A stretch of DNA of 63,975 nt, counting the filler, from Choristocarpus tenellus KU-1152 (lineage: Eukaryota; Protista; Phaeophyceae), in assembly GCA_964200185.2 (NCBI GenBank). It is 8 parts of 8 records of this genome, joined end to end, with 100 filler letters (N's around TTAATTAATTAA, not from the genome) between each part and the next. Parts side by side here need not be neighbours in the genome. Positions count along the whole stretch, not along the records: positions 46,186 to 56,212 come from CAXNAD020003200.1; positions 56,313 to 59,012 come from CAXNAD020025531.1; positions 59,113 to 63,975 come from CAXNAD020012743.1; 5 more parts are not named here. The stretch is one strand, 5' to 3'. Numbering within the stretch: position 1 is the first letter of the stretch; each line of letters starts with the position of its first letter. Shown piece by piece: positions 53,293 through 63,975 of the stretch. Both the position numbers and the translations under genes were made by a program. The notes under the pieces are model-generated. The model did no database searches. It was not told the origin of the DNA and worked only from the letters and a program-made list of their open reading frames with translations.

Positions 53293-53905
53293 TGAGGGGA
53301 GAGGAACTGGAGGATTTAGCAGGAAAGGAGTAGTCAAATTTCGGCTACGCCAAATTGTCTCGGTGACTACGCAAGTGGCACTGTCTAGACTTGTCATGCT
53401 TTTAAAGCGAGGACCCAAAGTATCTGGGGGAGGGGGACGGTCTATACCAGGGTGTCCATTTGGCCCAAACCCAGAGAACGTGCGCTTACATTATCCATTC
53501 CACGCATGCAACCAAATCACCAAAAAAATCGCGACATGAAAAAATTGCCCTCAAATATACAGCAGCCAACCCCCCCCCCAGATTCTTTGAAGCTAGAGTC
53601 ACCAGGGAGATGGGCACTGAGGGGTTTATTGGATTCTTGGGGTACCTCCCCAGCTCCTCCCCAGCTCCTCCCGTGGGGCGCAGGAGTAGGTAGATTGGAG
53701 GCACAGGAGGAGGGCAGTAGTACAACACTGATAGTGGTGAAGTAACAAAATAGATTAGTATTATTCACATTTATAGTGTTTTGTAGTGTTTTTCACATTT
53801 ATGATATTTTATTTCTTTAGGGCTTATGCTGACATATGCATAGTTTTCATTTGTTTACCCCCTGACACATCTGTAAAATGTCAGAGGGCATAATATAATA
53901 TAATA
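53293..53905 (-). repeat. Family C repeat copy carrying a MITE B insertion (53412-53590)
   Basis: Colinear with 42390-42800 except for the ~180-bp MITE B. Confidence 0.9.
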
Positions 53906-55867
53906 TACTATTTAGTATTTTTGTACCACACCTGCATACAAACGTTTCATCGTGTACTTGATGTCATACTAATAGTAGTATATATGGCAAAAGGGACATA
54001 AGATACCGTGTACCTCAGTCAGTAGTACAGTGCTATTGGTGTCACTGGACACAACATCCATGCATGTGGCAATGAAAAATGACTACATAATGTCTTGTGC
54101 AATCCTTTCCTATCATGCTACTTCCATATTATGTAGAGCAAAGTTTGGGTTGTGAAGTACATGTGTTTACTAAACAATGCTTGTATGGTGAAGAATAGAA
54201 ATAATCTCACAGTTTAAAGAAATATAAATATTGTAATATGAAGAAATATATACTAAGCTGTTCATATACGCTGCATACACGTTATACTTGCGCGTACATA
54301 CAGGCACACACATGCCAAGTAAGCAATTAACTGTAAGAAGTTGTCACTTGTGATCTCAACTATCTAATCCTACGTGATCTGTCTACAAATTGTTCTTGTT
54401 TTCTATTTCTTGTATTGGTATTAGGGTTAGGGATGTATTGAGTGTAGTTGTAAATTATGGAAAATCAATCGCTACAAATGATATCCTTATATTGTCGTGA
54501 TCCGATAGGGAACCTAAAAATAGAGGGGTGGTTTTTGACTGTTCCTTTTTCGCACAATTAGAATTTCCTTTTGATGCAGTCATCATGTATGATCAAAACA
54601 TATACTGTCACCGATTGGAGTTTAGCTATACTCACAAATGGTTTTGATTTACACCACCAGTAAGGAGAAATGTTGATATTTGAATGTTGGCACAGTAGTG
54701 TGTGAAATGAGTTGTAGAGGGGGTAGGGATATTGTAGGTTGTCTCATATACCGTCAATGGTGTACATCATACCGTTGTACCGATGTTACTATACTGATCG
54801 TCACATCATACCTGATATTTCATTGCTCCTTTACATTCCTGATTAGCATCACAAATGGTATTCCCCACAGATAGAGCTGTACACCAACCTACAGCAATCC
54901 ATGTCCGTGCCATCCCCTCAAATGATCAGAGGGCAATTGATCATTCATCACAGAATATTTTTCAAACAACAAATGTTGCTGGTACTATAAAAAAAATACC
55001 ACTGATTGCATTGTGGTTATTGGCTAACAAGCCCTCGTTGTTTGATTGACACCATCTACAAGAGGGGAGTGATGTCATCGTTGAGTATTCAAGGAGTACC
55101 CTATGACTCCCTTGTGGCACACGCATTTTGAGCAATCTTGTGGAGGGTCCTTTTTGAGGATGGATTACTTCAACACAAGGTTCACAGAGGATAAAAATCG
55201 CCTGCCCCGCCCCCAGTCCTGCTTTAACATGGTTTTCACTCTTTGGCATAGAAGGTACAGCAGTAGTGTAACCATAAAGCAAATCATGTTCACAGGATAC
55301 GTACCTACCTGCACTCCTTGCGATACAGGCTGCTCTTGATTCATACGACAAATTCTTTACTACTCAATATGAAGTGAATGCTTTCAACGCCACAGCACCA
55401 ATCGATCTCCATGGAGGTTCCACCTCTACCTACCCATCCTCCAAGTGGGGAAGTTCTTCAGTCTTCATCTTTCCCTTAGGCAAATAAACACTTCTAGAAA
55501 CGCAAGTGATTTGAAGCAATACTACTGTACGATCCATTCGTATTATCCCTAACCCTATTTATACCATGACTTGAGTCTATAGGGAAAAAGAATCCTCATC
55601 TCAGCAGGAAAGCTGAGCTGATCAGAATGAACAACTACTAGTAATAATAATGAAAAGCACCCCCCCCTCCAAAAAAGCAAAAACTACTGAAGACTTGGAT
55701 TTCAATTCAGAAGAGGGTAATATAAATCGAGGAGAAGGATAGAGGTTCATTTCTCAATTTACGGAAACGGTATATTCAAGATATTGGGATTTTCTGCGCA
55801 TGCCTCCCACCAATCTGGAAAACTTTCAGAAAATTCCTGACATCCATGAATAAATATATTATGTATC

Positions 55868-56212
55868 ATTATGCCCTCTAACATTTTGCAGATGTGTCAG
55901 GTGGAAAACAAACGAAAACTATACATATGTCAGTATAAGCCCTAAAGAAATGAAATATCCTAAACGTGAGATCACTATAAAGCGCTGTAAGTGTGAAAAC
56001 CACTAATCTATCAGTTCTTCACCACTATCGATATTTTACTAGAAGCGAATATATTTTATAATTATGCCCTCTGACATTTTGCAGATGTGTCAGGGGGGAA
56101 ACCAATGAAAACTAGAGTGAAAGTATCTTAGAGGGTACGAGTTTTTCCCTGTTTGTCCATTTGGGGCTTGGCTTCCCACGGGCTTTTAATGACATTTAAT
56201 CTACTCCAAAAT
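55868..56212 (+). repeat. Two tandem family C 5' fragments; the second is interrupted by MITE A at 56115
   Basis: ATTATGCCCTCT(A/G)ACATTTTGCAGATGTGTCAGG at ~55868 and 56061; GAGTGAAAGTATCTTAGAGGGTA at 56115. Confidence 0.88.
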
Positions 56213-56341
56213 NNNNNNNNNNNNNNNNNNNNNNNNNNNNNNNNNNNNNNNNNNNNTTAATTAATTAANNNNNNNNNNNNNNNNNNNNNNNNNNNNNNNN
56301 NNNNNNNNNNNNCCCCCTCCCAGATACTTTGGGTCTCTTAC

Positions 56342-59012
56342 CTTCCACTTGCCGTCCTTGTAGGCCTTGCCGAAGGAGGTCTCCATCTTCTCTTTCACCT
56401 CGTCCTTTGACGCCGCGTTGGACACGAACACCTCCACCCTCGTGCTCCGTTCAAGGGCCGCCTCCACAACGTTGTGCCTCTCTGCACTGAAGGAGACGAC
56501 AGTGTCCCCAGCATTCGTGTACCTATCATAGGAGGGCAGTTCGTCAATTATCCCGAGGAGTACATTGTATTGCGCACGGATTCATCATATTGCAATGTAT
56601 GAGTAACGTACCGATACAGGGCAACACACTCTTAGTGCGGTTTGACGCTTAACATACTGATTCAGGGAAACACACTTGTGGTATGGTTTGACGCCCCTGA
56701 ACCCTCACCCAGCTTGTTGTGTTACTGTTTAACGATGTTCTACACCTATACAAACAAAGTCGCTGCTCCCGTGAAGAAGGGTGTGTGTGACGTTATTAAC
56801 GAACCTGTTAACGATGAAGTGGAGGGCCCTCATGGGGATGTCCATTGCAGCACCTTGGTACTCGACGTCACACATGGTTTGGAGTGCCGGAGGTGATGCA
56901 TCACTCCCATGGCCAAAGATGTCATCGACGGTTACTCGCTTGTTGCATGTGAACTCTGTCCCATCGTTGTGTGTGAGAAGAATCATGTCCTGACAACATC
57001 TGAGATGGTTATCAGTGCCTGCGAGAGGGCGCCCCCCCTCGTCTTGTATATTATAAGCAGGGGATGATCCTCCACAACCAAGCCCACCTTCGACGACATA
57101 AGAGCCTCTGAATGAAGAGAAGGCGGGAGCGAGCGCGTGGGTCTGGCATGCGTCAAACTTGACAGTGACATCACACAAGTAGTTATCGTAGGGATTCATG
57201 AAATCTCATACCACTAACATTATAATAGTACAATTGAGTGTGGAACGCAATGCAAATAATAGGAAATTCTGTAATAGAAGGGAAGATGGTAAAAATAATG
57301 TAGTGAAGACAAGTAACACCAGCATGCGATTTGCGTACAATGAAACAAAGAACTACAAAGGACCCGGGGGAAAGAGCAAGAGATACAAAAGGAAATAGAA
57401 GGTACGAAGAAGAAACAACATGGGGAAAGTGAAAAAGAAAGACACACAACATAATCCGCATCTCCTGAACGGCCGCACAATATTCGATGGGTACATGGAC
57501 GGACTGATAACGGCCATGGCAGATTGCAATAGTCTCCCGCAATATACCCCGTATTTCAGCGCTGGCAAACTCTGCAACTCACCGTTTAGGCGGTGTGCTT
57601 GCGCGGCCCACGGGTGGGGCACAAATAGCGCGATGGTGCCCTGAGGATGTATCTTCACCTGCAAGCACTTAACCACCTGGCGCAAGTGTGTGTTGGTCGC
57701 CTCTTCTTCGTTGACGAGTCTTGGCTCGGCGGCAATGGATACTATGGCGAGCTTTGGCGCATTGCGGAAGGCGAACTCTTTCAAGCGGTCTAAGGGTACC
57801 GTAGGGTCGAGAGGGCGAAGGTCGTGTAGTGCAGTGTTCTCAGTCCTGGTTGGACATCATGACACACGACACAGTAGACAGACAGCACGACAAGAAGGAC
57901 AGCGTCGTAAGCCACGGTGCAGGCAATCTTATCATTAAGTGAGGTCCTGACAATATTTCCACGGCATCCTCAAAATGTAAAGCCGCACCCTCCACAACGC
58001 CAGACCCATCAGATACATCTCATGGAAGGAGGGTAGACGTCAAAACACTAAGTTCCATGGCCCATGGAAACCTCCAAAAAAACGACACATCCAACGCACA
58101 AAGGACGAGCAATCCACATGATGTACAAGCAGCCAAGACCCACGTGCAAACCAACGCGAAACCGAGCACGCAGAGACGACTTGTATGTCCGTATAATGTG
58201 CAACCACGCCGAGACCCACATGCACTTCTCCATGTCCACCGTTTCGCTGCGTGAGGGGGGACGTAAAAGGCTTTGCCTGGTGGGTGACCCGCCCGCGCTC
58301 TTTGCGTGACCCTTATCCTTGCCCTTGCCCCTGCCCCGACCCACCGCTTCGTTCCCCACCGATCCAGACCCTTCACTGCCCTCCTGTGCCATGGGGCTAT
58401 TGATACATAAACGATCCTTGTGCCTCTCGTCGCCCACAATCTCCACGTAGGCACATTCGCTCATGTGCGTGATGGAGCACTTTGGGCATGAATACCTCTC
58501 ACGCGTGTCATCGAACGATAGCGTTAAACAGACAGGATAGTATTTTTCCAAATCATTAATTGGGTGCAACAACGCAACGAGGGGATCCATGGTTACGAAG
58601 GACCACAAAACTGGCGGCGCAAAACAGTACGAAGTAGTACAGGTGAGATACAACAGTCGGTGATGTACATGCATTAACACACAATCGGACTGTGGCGACC
58701 GAATAAAGAGACGTGGGGGTAGCGACCGCAGTGCACACACAGAGGGACCCCGCAAGTTCCACCGGTTCAATGGTGTGCACTGCTCAAAAGAGACAACCTA
58801 GTTAGCCGTTCGGGAGATTGGATGGAAACCAATCTTATGCCATTAATTACCCGCCATCCCCGTGTGCACCGTTACAACTACATTACTCACCGAGACGTAG
58901 GTGGAGGATTGCATTCAGTACAGCAAACGCCCGCGTTCCACCCTCCATGGCCGTTTTGTTCTTCTTCCGCACCAGGAATACTGCCGACAGAACCCCCTTC
59001 GCCCGTATCCTC
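56342..59012 (-). CDS. Spliced gene, open at both ends, encoding a degenerate beta-class N4C/N6A DNA methyltransferase-like domain; one frameshift (possible pseudogene)
   Basis: Exons >59012-58891, 58610-58226, 57845-57583, 57107-56805, 56522-56342, all GT-AG; phases agree if one G is added to the G7 run at 57032-57038. The exon 4/5 junction gives DIPMRALHFIVNR|YTNAGDTVVSFSAERHNVVEAALERSTRVEVFV, like the N6_N4_Mtase segment KPxxLxxxLIxxxTNxGDxVLDPFxGSGTTxxAAxxxGR. Gene structure is better supported than the product call. Confidence 0.6.
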
Positions 59013-59502
59013 NNNNNNNNNNNNNNNNNNNNNNNNNNNNNNNNNNNNNNNNNNNNTTAATTAATTAANNNNNNNNNNNNNNNNNNNNNNNNNNNNNNNN
59101 NNNNNNNNNNNNAACCACTGGGTGGTAACCAACCTCTAACGCCTAAGCCTCGATTATCAGGCCCCGTGTGACAGTCTTGCAGGACTGACAGTATTCCTGA
59201 GAGTGTGGCATTAGCTGTTTCCTTGAGTAGCATCTGTGCTATACCTAGACTCAATTCATCATGTGGGGGAGGAGTATACTCTAGTTCTGAATCTACTAAC
59301 ATACAGAGAGAGCAAGGGGACAGTGTGGGGTGCCCTGGGCTTAGGTCTGATGTACCTAAATCTTGCAAACACACACTATCTAAGACAGGTCCTCGTGGTC
59401 CAGCGTAGTTCTTGCTACAGGCTACTGACGGATCGTCAGGAAAAGAATCGAAACCTTGATCTGAGGGTGAGGAAAGTCGTGACAGTCCATCTGGTAGTTG
59501 GA

Positions 59503-59761
59503 GAGTGAAAGTATCTTATAGGGTACAAGTTTTGCCCTATTTGTCCATTTGGGGCTTGACTTCCCATGTGTTTTTAATGTTACTTTCCTAATCCAAAATG
59601 TTTAGAAGTAGGTAAAATGTATACATTATGAAGGGGTGCGTCCGAAACGTAGATATTGGCACTTCTTAAACAAACGCGATGCCCAAAAGTACATCAAAAT
59701 CGCAACATTGGATTTTGAACCCAAAATGGACGCGGCTCTACACTCTAAGATACCTTTGCTC
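59503..59761 (+). mobile_element. MITE family A copy inserted in Gypsy RNase H
   Basis: GAGTGAAAGTATCTTATAGGGTA...TACACTCTAAGATACCTTTGCTC; splits ...GSKH from QLPDGLSRL. Confidence 0.93.
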
Positions 59762-60012
59762 GGTGCTTCGAACCGGCTCGCCACTTAAGTTCCATATCGT
59801 GGTCCATAAGACGGAGGGCCCACCTGTGGAGCTTGGGGCTAAGTTCACGACTCTTGAAGAGCCAAGTCAGTGCGGAGCAGTCAGTGACTAGGATGAATTT
59901 CCTACCCCAAATGTAGGAGCGGAAGAGCTCTACAGCCCACAAGATAGTCATGCATTCCCTTTCAGTGGGTGCTCTCATACTGTCTGAGTTAGACCATCTA
60001 TGGCTAGTATAA

Positions 60013-60273
60013 GAGCCAAAGTATCTTAGAGGGTATGGCCGCGTCCATTTGGGGGCCAAAATCCAATGTTGCGGTTTCGATGTAATTTGGGCCATCGTGT
60101 TTCTTAGGAAGTGTCAATATCCTTGTTCTGGACACACCTGTTCATAACGTTTACATTATACCTACTCTCCGACAAATTTTGGAGCAGGAAAACGCCATAA
60201 AAGAATCCATTTGGAGCCAAGCTCCAAACGGACAAACAGGGCAAAACTCGTACCCCCGAAGATACTTTTACTC
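60013..60273 (-). mobile_element. MITE family A copy with ATAA TSD, inserted in Gypsy RNase H
   Basis: ATAA|GAGCCAAAGTATCTTAGAGGGTA...GAAGATACTTTTACTC|ATAA; splits EHAIAY from TSHRWS. Confidence 0.95.
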
Positions 60274-62599
60274 ATAAGCTATGGCATGTTCTTGGTCATC
60301 ATCCTGTACCTGGGTCAGTGTTGCTTCAGCCCCTTCCTGATTAGCATCTGTATGGAGAAGGAACTTCTTATCCCAGTCAGGAAAGACTAGGATTGGTGGA
60401 GAGACCAGACGCACCTTAAGTTCTTCAAAGGCTTTCTGCTCCTCTGGTCCCCAAGGAATACTCTTCTTCCTGACTCTTTTGGAGGCATCCCCTTTGTTCC
60501 GGAGGATATTAGTCAGAGGTGCAGCTACTTGACCGTAGTTCGGAACAAACTGATGCATGTATCCTGTCATGCCTAGGAAACTTCTTAACTGCTCAACTGT
60601 AGATGGGGGATCAAGGTTTGCTACCGCTATCATTTTTGATGGGGCAGGACTGAAGCCGTCTCTACCTACCTTCATTCCTACAAATTCTTGAGAGGGCATG
60701 CACCACGAGGATTTGGGAAAATTCACAGACAGGCCATATTGCTTGAGTCTGGTAAGAAGGAGGCGAAGTTTGGTCATGTGTTCATCAAATGATTGGCTGG
60801 TCGGGTTGTGGGAGCCATTGATGCTTGCCATTCTCCTAGGGCTGACAGGGGTGCATTGTTATCATGAGGTCGGGGTGTGTCACAGCTCGAACAAAAGGTA
60901 TCCATGGTGAATTTGGAGCTGGTCGAAAGCCTTCCCCCTCTCGAAATGACAGTGCGCTTTTGTTCTGCCTACAGAATGCGGCTCCCAGAACCATCCCATA
61001 AGGTAAGCCTTCCACTACTTTAAATGTCACATTGTGGACTCTATCCTCTACGGGAAATAATATTGGCAGTATGCAGGATCCTAGCACCTGCATAGGTGGA
61101 ATACTGCATCCTTTCGGGTTTGCCGCATGCAACGTTCCCTTACCAGTTTGGTTAAGGTGTGGTAAGCCGGTGCTACCTCCCCAAAGAGTAGTACTGCGCC
61201 AGAAAGCAGACGAGATGTAGTTCCCACCTCCTGCACCTGTGTCAAGGAGTATCTGTACAGGCATTCTCGAGCGGACTTTGCGAGGGTGCCACAGCAGTGC
61301 AGATAGCCATACTTGACTAGTTCGTTGGGCAGTTGACATAGGGGATATGTTCGAGGCAAGTGTGGGGGTCATGCTTCCTATGGCTACAGTGACTAAGTTC
61401 CCTGGAGCTGAAGACTCCAGGGCGCACCTTCAGGGCAACTCGGGAACTTCAGAATCGGTCGAGCTGCTTGTAAATGGTGGCGGAAACTCAAAGTCTTGCA
61501 TCGCGGCGAGACAGTGCAAAAGGGCATCTGTCAAGGCTACCATCGTATGTGACTCTTTCGCTGGGGTGGTACTTGGCTTATCTTGGGACAGATATGCAAA
61601 GTAACCCTTAGGTACTACGGAGTCGTCGTGAGTATACCTGCACCTGCGACCGATAGACTTGAAGCATTCGCGACCAAAGCATGATGGAGACACACTCGAT
61701 GTGCTTTGAGCCACTCGACCACCTCATCTTGGGAAGCAGATGGTGAAGGTAAATCGTTACCCGAAATGTGGCGACCTGCATCGCTTGCTCTGTCTGTGGT
61801 TATAGAGGACGTGGATCGGGGCACAGACTGGGTGGCGGGTGTTGCTGGTTGAACGGGCGTGGGCGTATTGCTCTTCGAAACGAACGTTGTACCATGTTTC
61901 CCAGGAGCGGAAGCAGGTTGGTTTGTCAACGAAGCACAGCCAATGGGCGGGGGGTTTTGGGACGAAACAGGTTGGAGCATCGGTGCGAGGGCCGCCAGCA
62001 TATTGTAGACAACTTCTTGATGCGGTGATGGAGTCTGGCTTGGAACCTCCTGTGGCAAGGATGTCCTGCTATGTTGAGGTAAATCCAGTTCCTGTCTGCC
62101 TACCGGGGTGTCAACTGGGGCAGACAAAGGGTCAAACATACTTGCAAACGTAGCACGGCGTTAGCCATGCTACCTAAAGCAGTGTGTGTCCTATCCTTAG
62201 ACGACGCAGGTTTTGGAGCATTTTGATTGGTTGGGAAAATGCGTACTGGTCGCTACGATTGGACAATTCTTCGATAAGATCGTCAAAGATCCGCTCTGCT
62301 TTAATTCCCCGCTGTACCATTTCATCTCCTAAAGGATTATTCTGGGAAATTGCCAGTGGGAGAATTTGGTTCCGAATCTCCTTTCGAAATGAAAATGCCA
62401 TTGACTGTACTCCAATCTGATCTAGAACATTGGGGAGAAGGATAGGAAGAGCTCGTTCGCAAAGATCAATGAGTTGATCTTCAGCTATATACCTCTAAAA
62501 GAAAGTTGTCTCGCAAACATGAGGCATCCGTGAATCTACGGTGTATGCTCGATAATGTAAGACAAGCCTGTTGGCTGCAGCTTTCCACGATTCCCTTCT

Positions 62600-62780
62600 T
62601 AATTTTGGCTGTCATGTTTGTTAGGAAATGTCGATATCCTTGTTCCAGACACACTTTTTCATAACGTATACATTTTGCCTACTCCAAAACAGGAAAATGT
62701 CATCAAAAAGCCCGTGGGAAGCTAAGCCCCAAATGGACAAACAGGGCAAAATTTGTACCATCTAAGATATACCTTCACTC
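62600..62780 (-). mobile_element. MITE family A partial copy
   Basis: Ends ...GTACCATCTAAGATATACCTTCACTC. Confidence 0.88.
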
Positions 62781-63045
62781 AAAAGGTAGGATGGAGGCTT
62801 TGGATGGTGAGCTGCCGACAGGGTATGGTGTGTGCGGTGCTCTGACATGGGAGTAAAGAGATTACATGCTACTTAGATATCGCCACATATGCATACAGTA
62901 TCATACGGTATTTCAACACCCGGTTGGTGTTGGGTTAGGTCCAACGTGAAATGCGGCCCGGGTGAGCTATGCTGGCACTGCTGGTGGCAGACGGTTTATG
63001 AACGGTTTCGATCAAACAAATTATTGATGCTGGAGTAGTGATTCT

Positions 63046-63722
63046 GGTGATACCACCATTGACAGGTGGTGTGTACACGGTTCCAATGGTAAGAAATACA
63101 GGGGCATCGAAGTAGAAATTGTTGGTGATGCCACTACTGACACAGCTGGAGTGTACACGCTTCTAATGGTAGGAAATAAAGGGGCATCGAATTTGAAATT
63201 GTTAGTGATGCCACTACTGACAGCTGCTTCGTACAAGCTCGGAATGCAAATGAACACCTAAACATTTGTAGAGACGTGTGGTTGTGTTCACGACCGAGAA
63301 AAGTGCAATGAGGGGTGGATACGTTGGAAACTCTTGAACACTGCACACATTGTCAATCTTGGCCTAACGTGAGCATTTGCTCCCTGGATCTCAAGCCGCC
63401 ATGATATGGAGGCCTCTTAGTGTACACCAAAAGAATTGTCGCCAGTGTCGACAGACCCGTCCTATACATGGCAGGATAGACAGACCGGCATGCATAGGGG
63501 TTACGCTGATTTTGACACGAAATTGGTTTCACTCGGAATTGTATCTGGAGGTTCCGAAAGATATTTACACAGGTGGCAACATAACAGTGGTGGTCGAAAT
63601 TGGTATGGTCGTATGGTCTTTTCGACCTCTTTTTTTTTTCGATTGTATAACAACTTCACAAATAATCAACAAAAGAACAACCGACCTTCCTAAATGTTGT
63701 ACCTCTAGAAGATAGTATATAC
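63046..63722 (+). repeat. Family D repeat, uninterrupted copy, preceded by ~78-bp tandem units
   Basis: Units GTGAT(A/G)CCAC(C/T)A(T/C)TGACA start at about 63046, 63124 and 63204; the body matches 4567-4993 plus 5963-6080. Confidence 0.85.
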
Positions 63723-63975
63723 AGTACCTACACCGAGTTTATACTAAATATTATATACCAAACCCATTTTTGTACCGCTTTTTTCGACATACTAAAACAA
63801 AAAGACTTTTGTACCGGAATTCTCGTATTCGGGCGACTTAGTACAAAATCGGGGAGATATTCACGCGAGTTTGGCGCGCGCGTAGACATTTCTCGCGAAA
63901 AGTGCCTTTCTTACTGAGTCATGGCCACACAGCAGTACAGTATGTTGCTCGTAGGGGAATAAAGTGGAATCCATG

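Larger units (their letters stand above)
59113..62590 (-). mobile_element. Ty3/Gypsy LTR retrotransposon remnant (gag, protease, partial RT, RNase H)
   Basis: Protease VQILLDTGAGG (ORF 60836-61372); RT C-terminus FDEHMTKLRLLLTRLKQYGLSVNFPKS...QLRSFLGMTGY; RNase H LHTDAN...AIAY/TSH...TERECMTILWAVELFRSYIWGRKFILVTDCSALTWL...RWALRL...KH/QLPDGLSRL. Most of the RT is deleted; two MITEs are inserted. Confidence 0.95.

Noticed and set aside
35470-59012. DMAP1 plus the methyltransferase-like gene as a methylation gene cluster
   Set aside because: They are on different contigs joined artificially, and DMAP1 is a general NuA4/SWR1 subunit.
62900-63010. tRNA or primer-binding site upstream of the Gypsy gag
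   Set aside because: No cloverleaf, no TTC-containing T-loop in the right context, and no identifiable LTR pair.

Overview
This window is eukaryotic, intron-rich DNA, not a continuous locus. It is 8 contigs joined by artificial 100-nt spacers (N44-TTAATTAATTAA-N44): 1-8828, 8929-26134, 26235-37772, 37873-42186, 42287-46085, 46186-56212, 56313-59012, 59113-63975. A flagellar gene, many GT-AG introns and the transposon types suggest a flagellated protist or alga, plausibly a stramenopile (inference only). Host genes reconstructed by hand with consistent exon phases: CFAP70 (12 exons, 3'-partial), riboflavin kinase (3 exons, 3'-partial), DMAP1/SWC4 (2 exons, 3'-partial) and one exon of 2-oxoglutarate dehydrogenase E1. 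Much of the rest is transposon debris: Copia, Gypsy, CRE-like and other non-LTR remnants, and more than 20 copies or fragments of non-autonomous MITEs sharing a GAGTSAAAGTA-like terminal inverted repeat (TIR) with 3-4 bp target-site duplications (TSDs). The most unusual element fills contig 7: a 5-exon spliced gene whose reconstructed product follows the motif order of bacterial beta-class N4-cytosine/N6-adenine DNA methyltransferases, but with degenerate catalytic and SAM-binding motifs and one homopolymer frameshift. All family assignments are by motif recognition; no database search was run.
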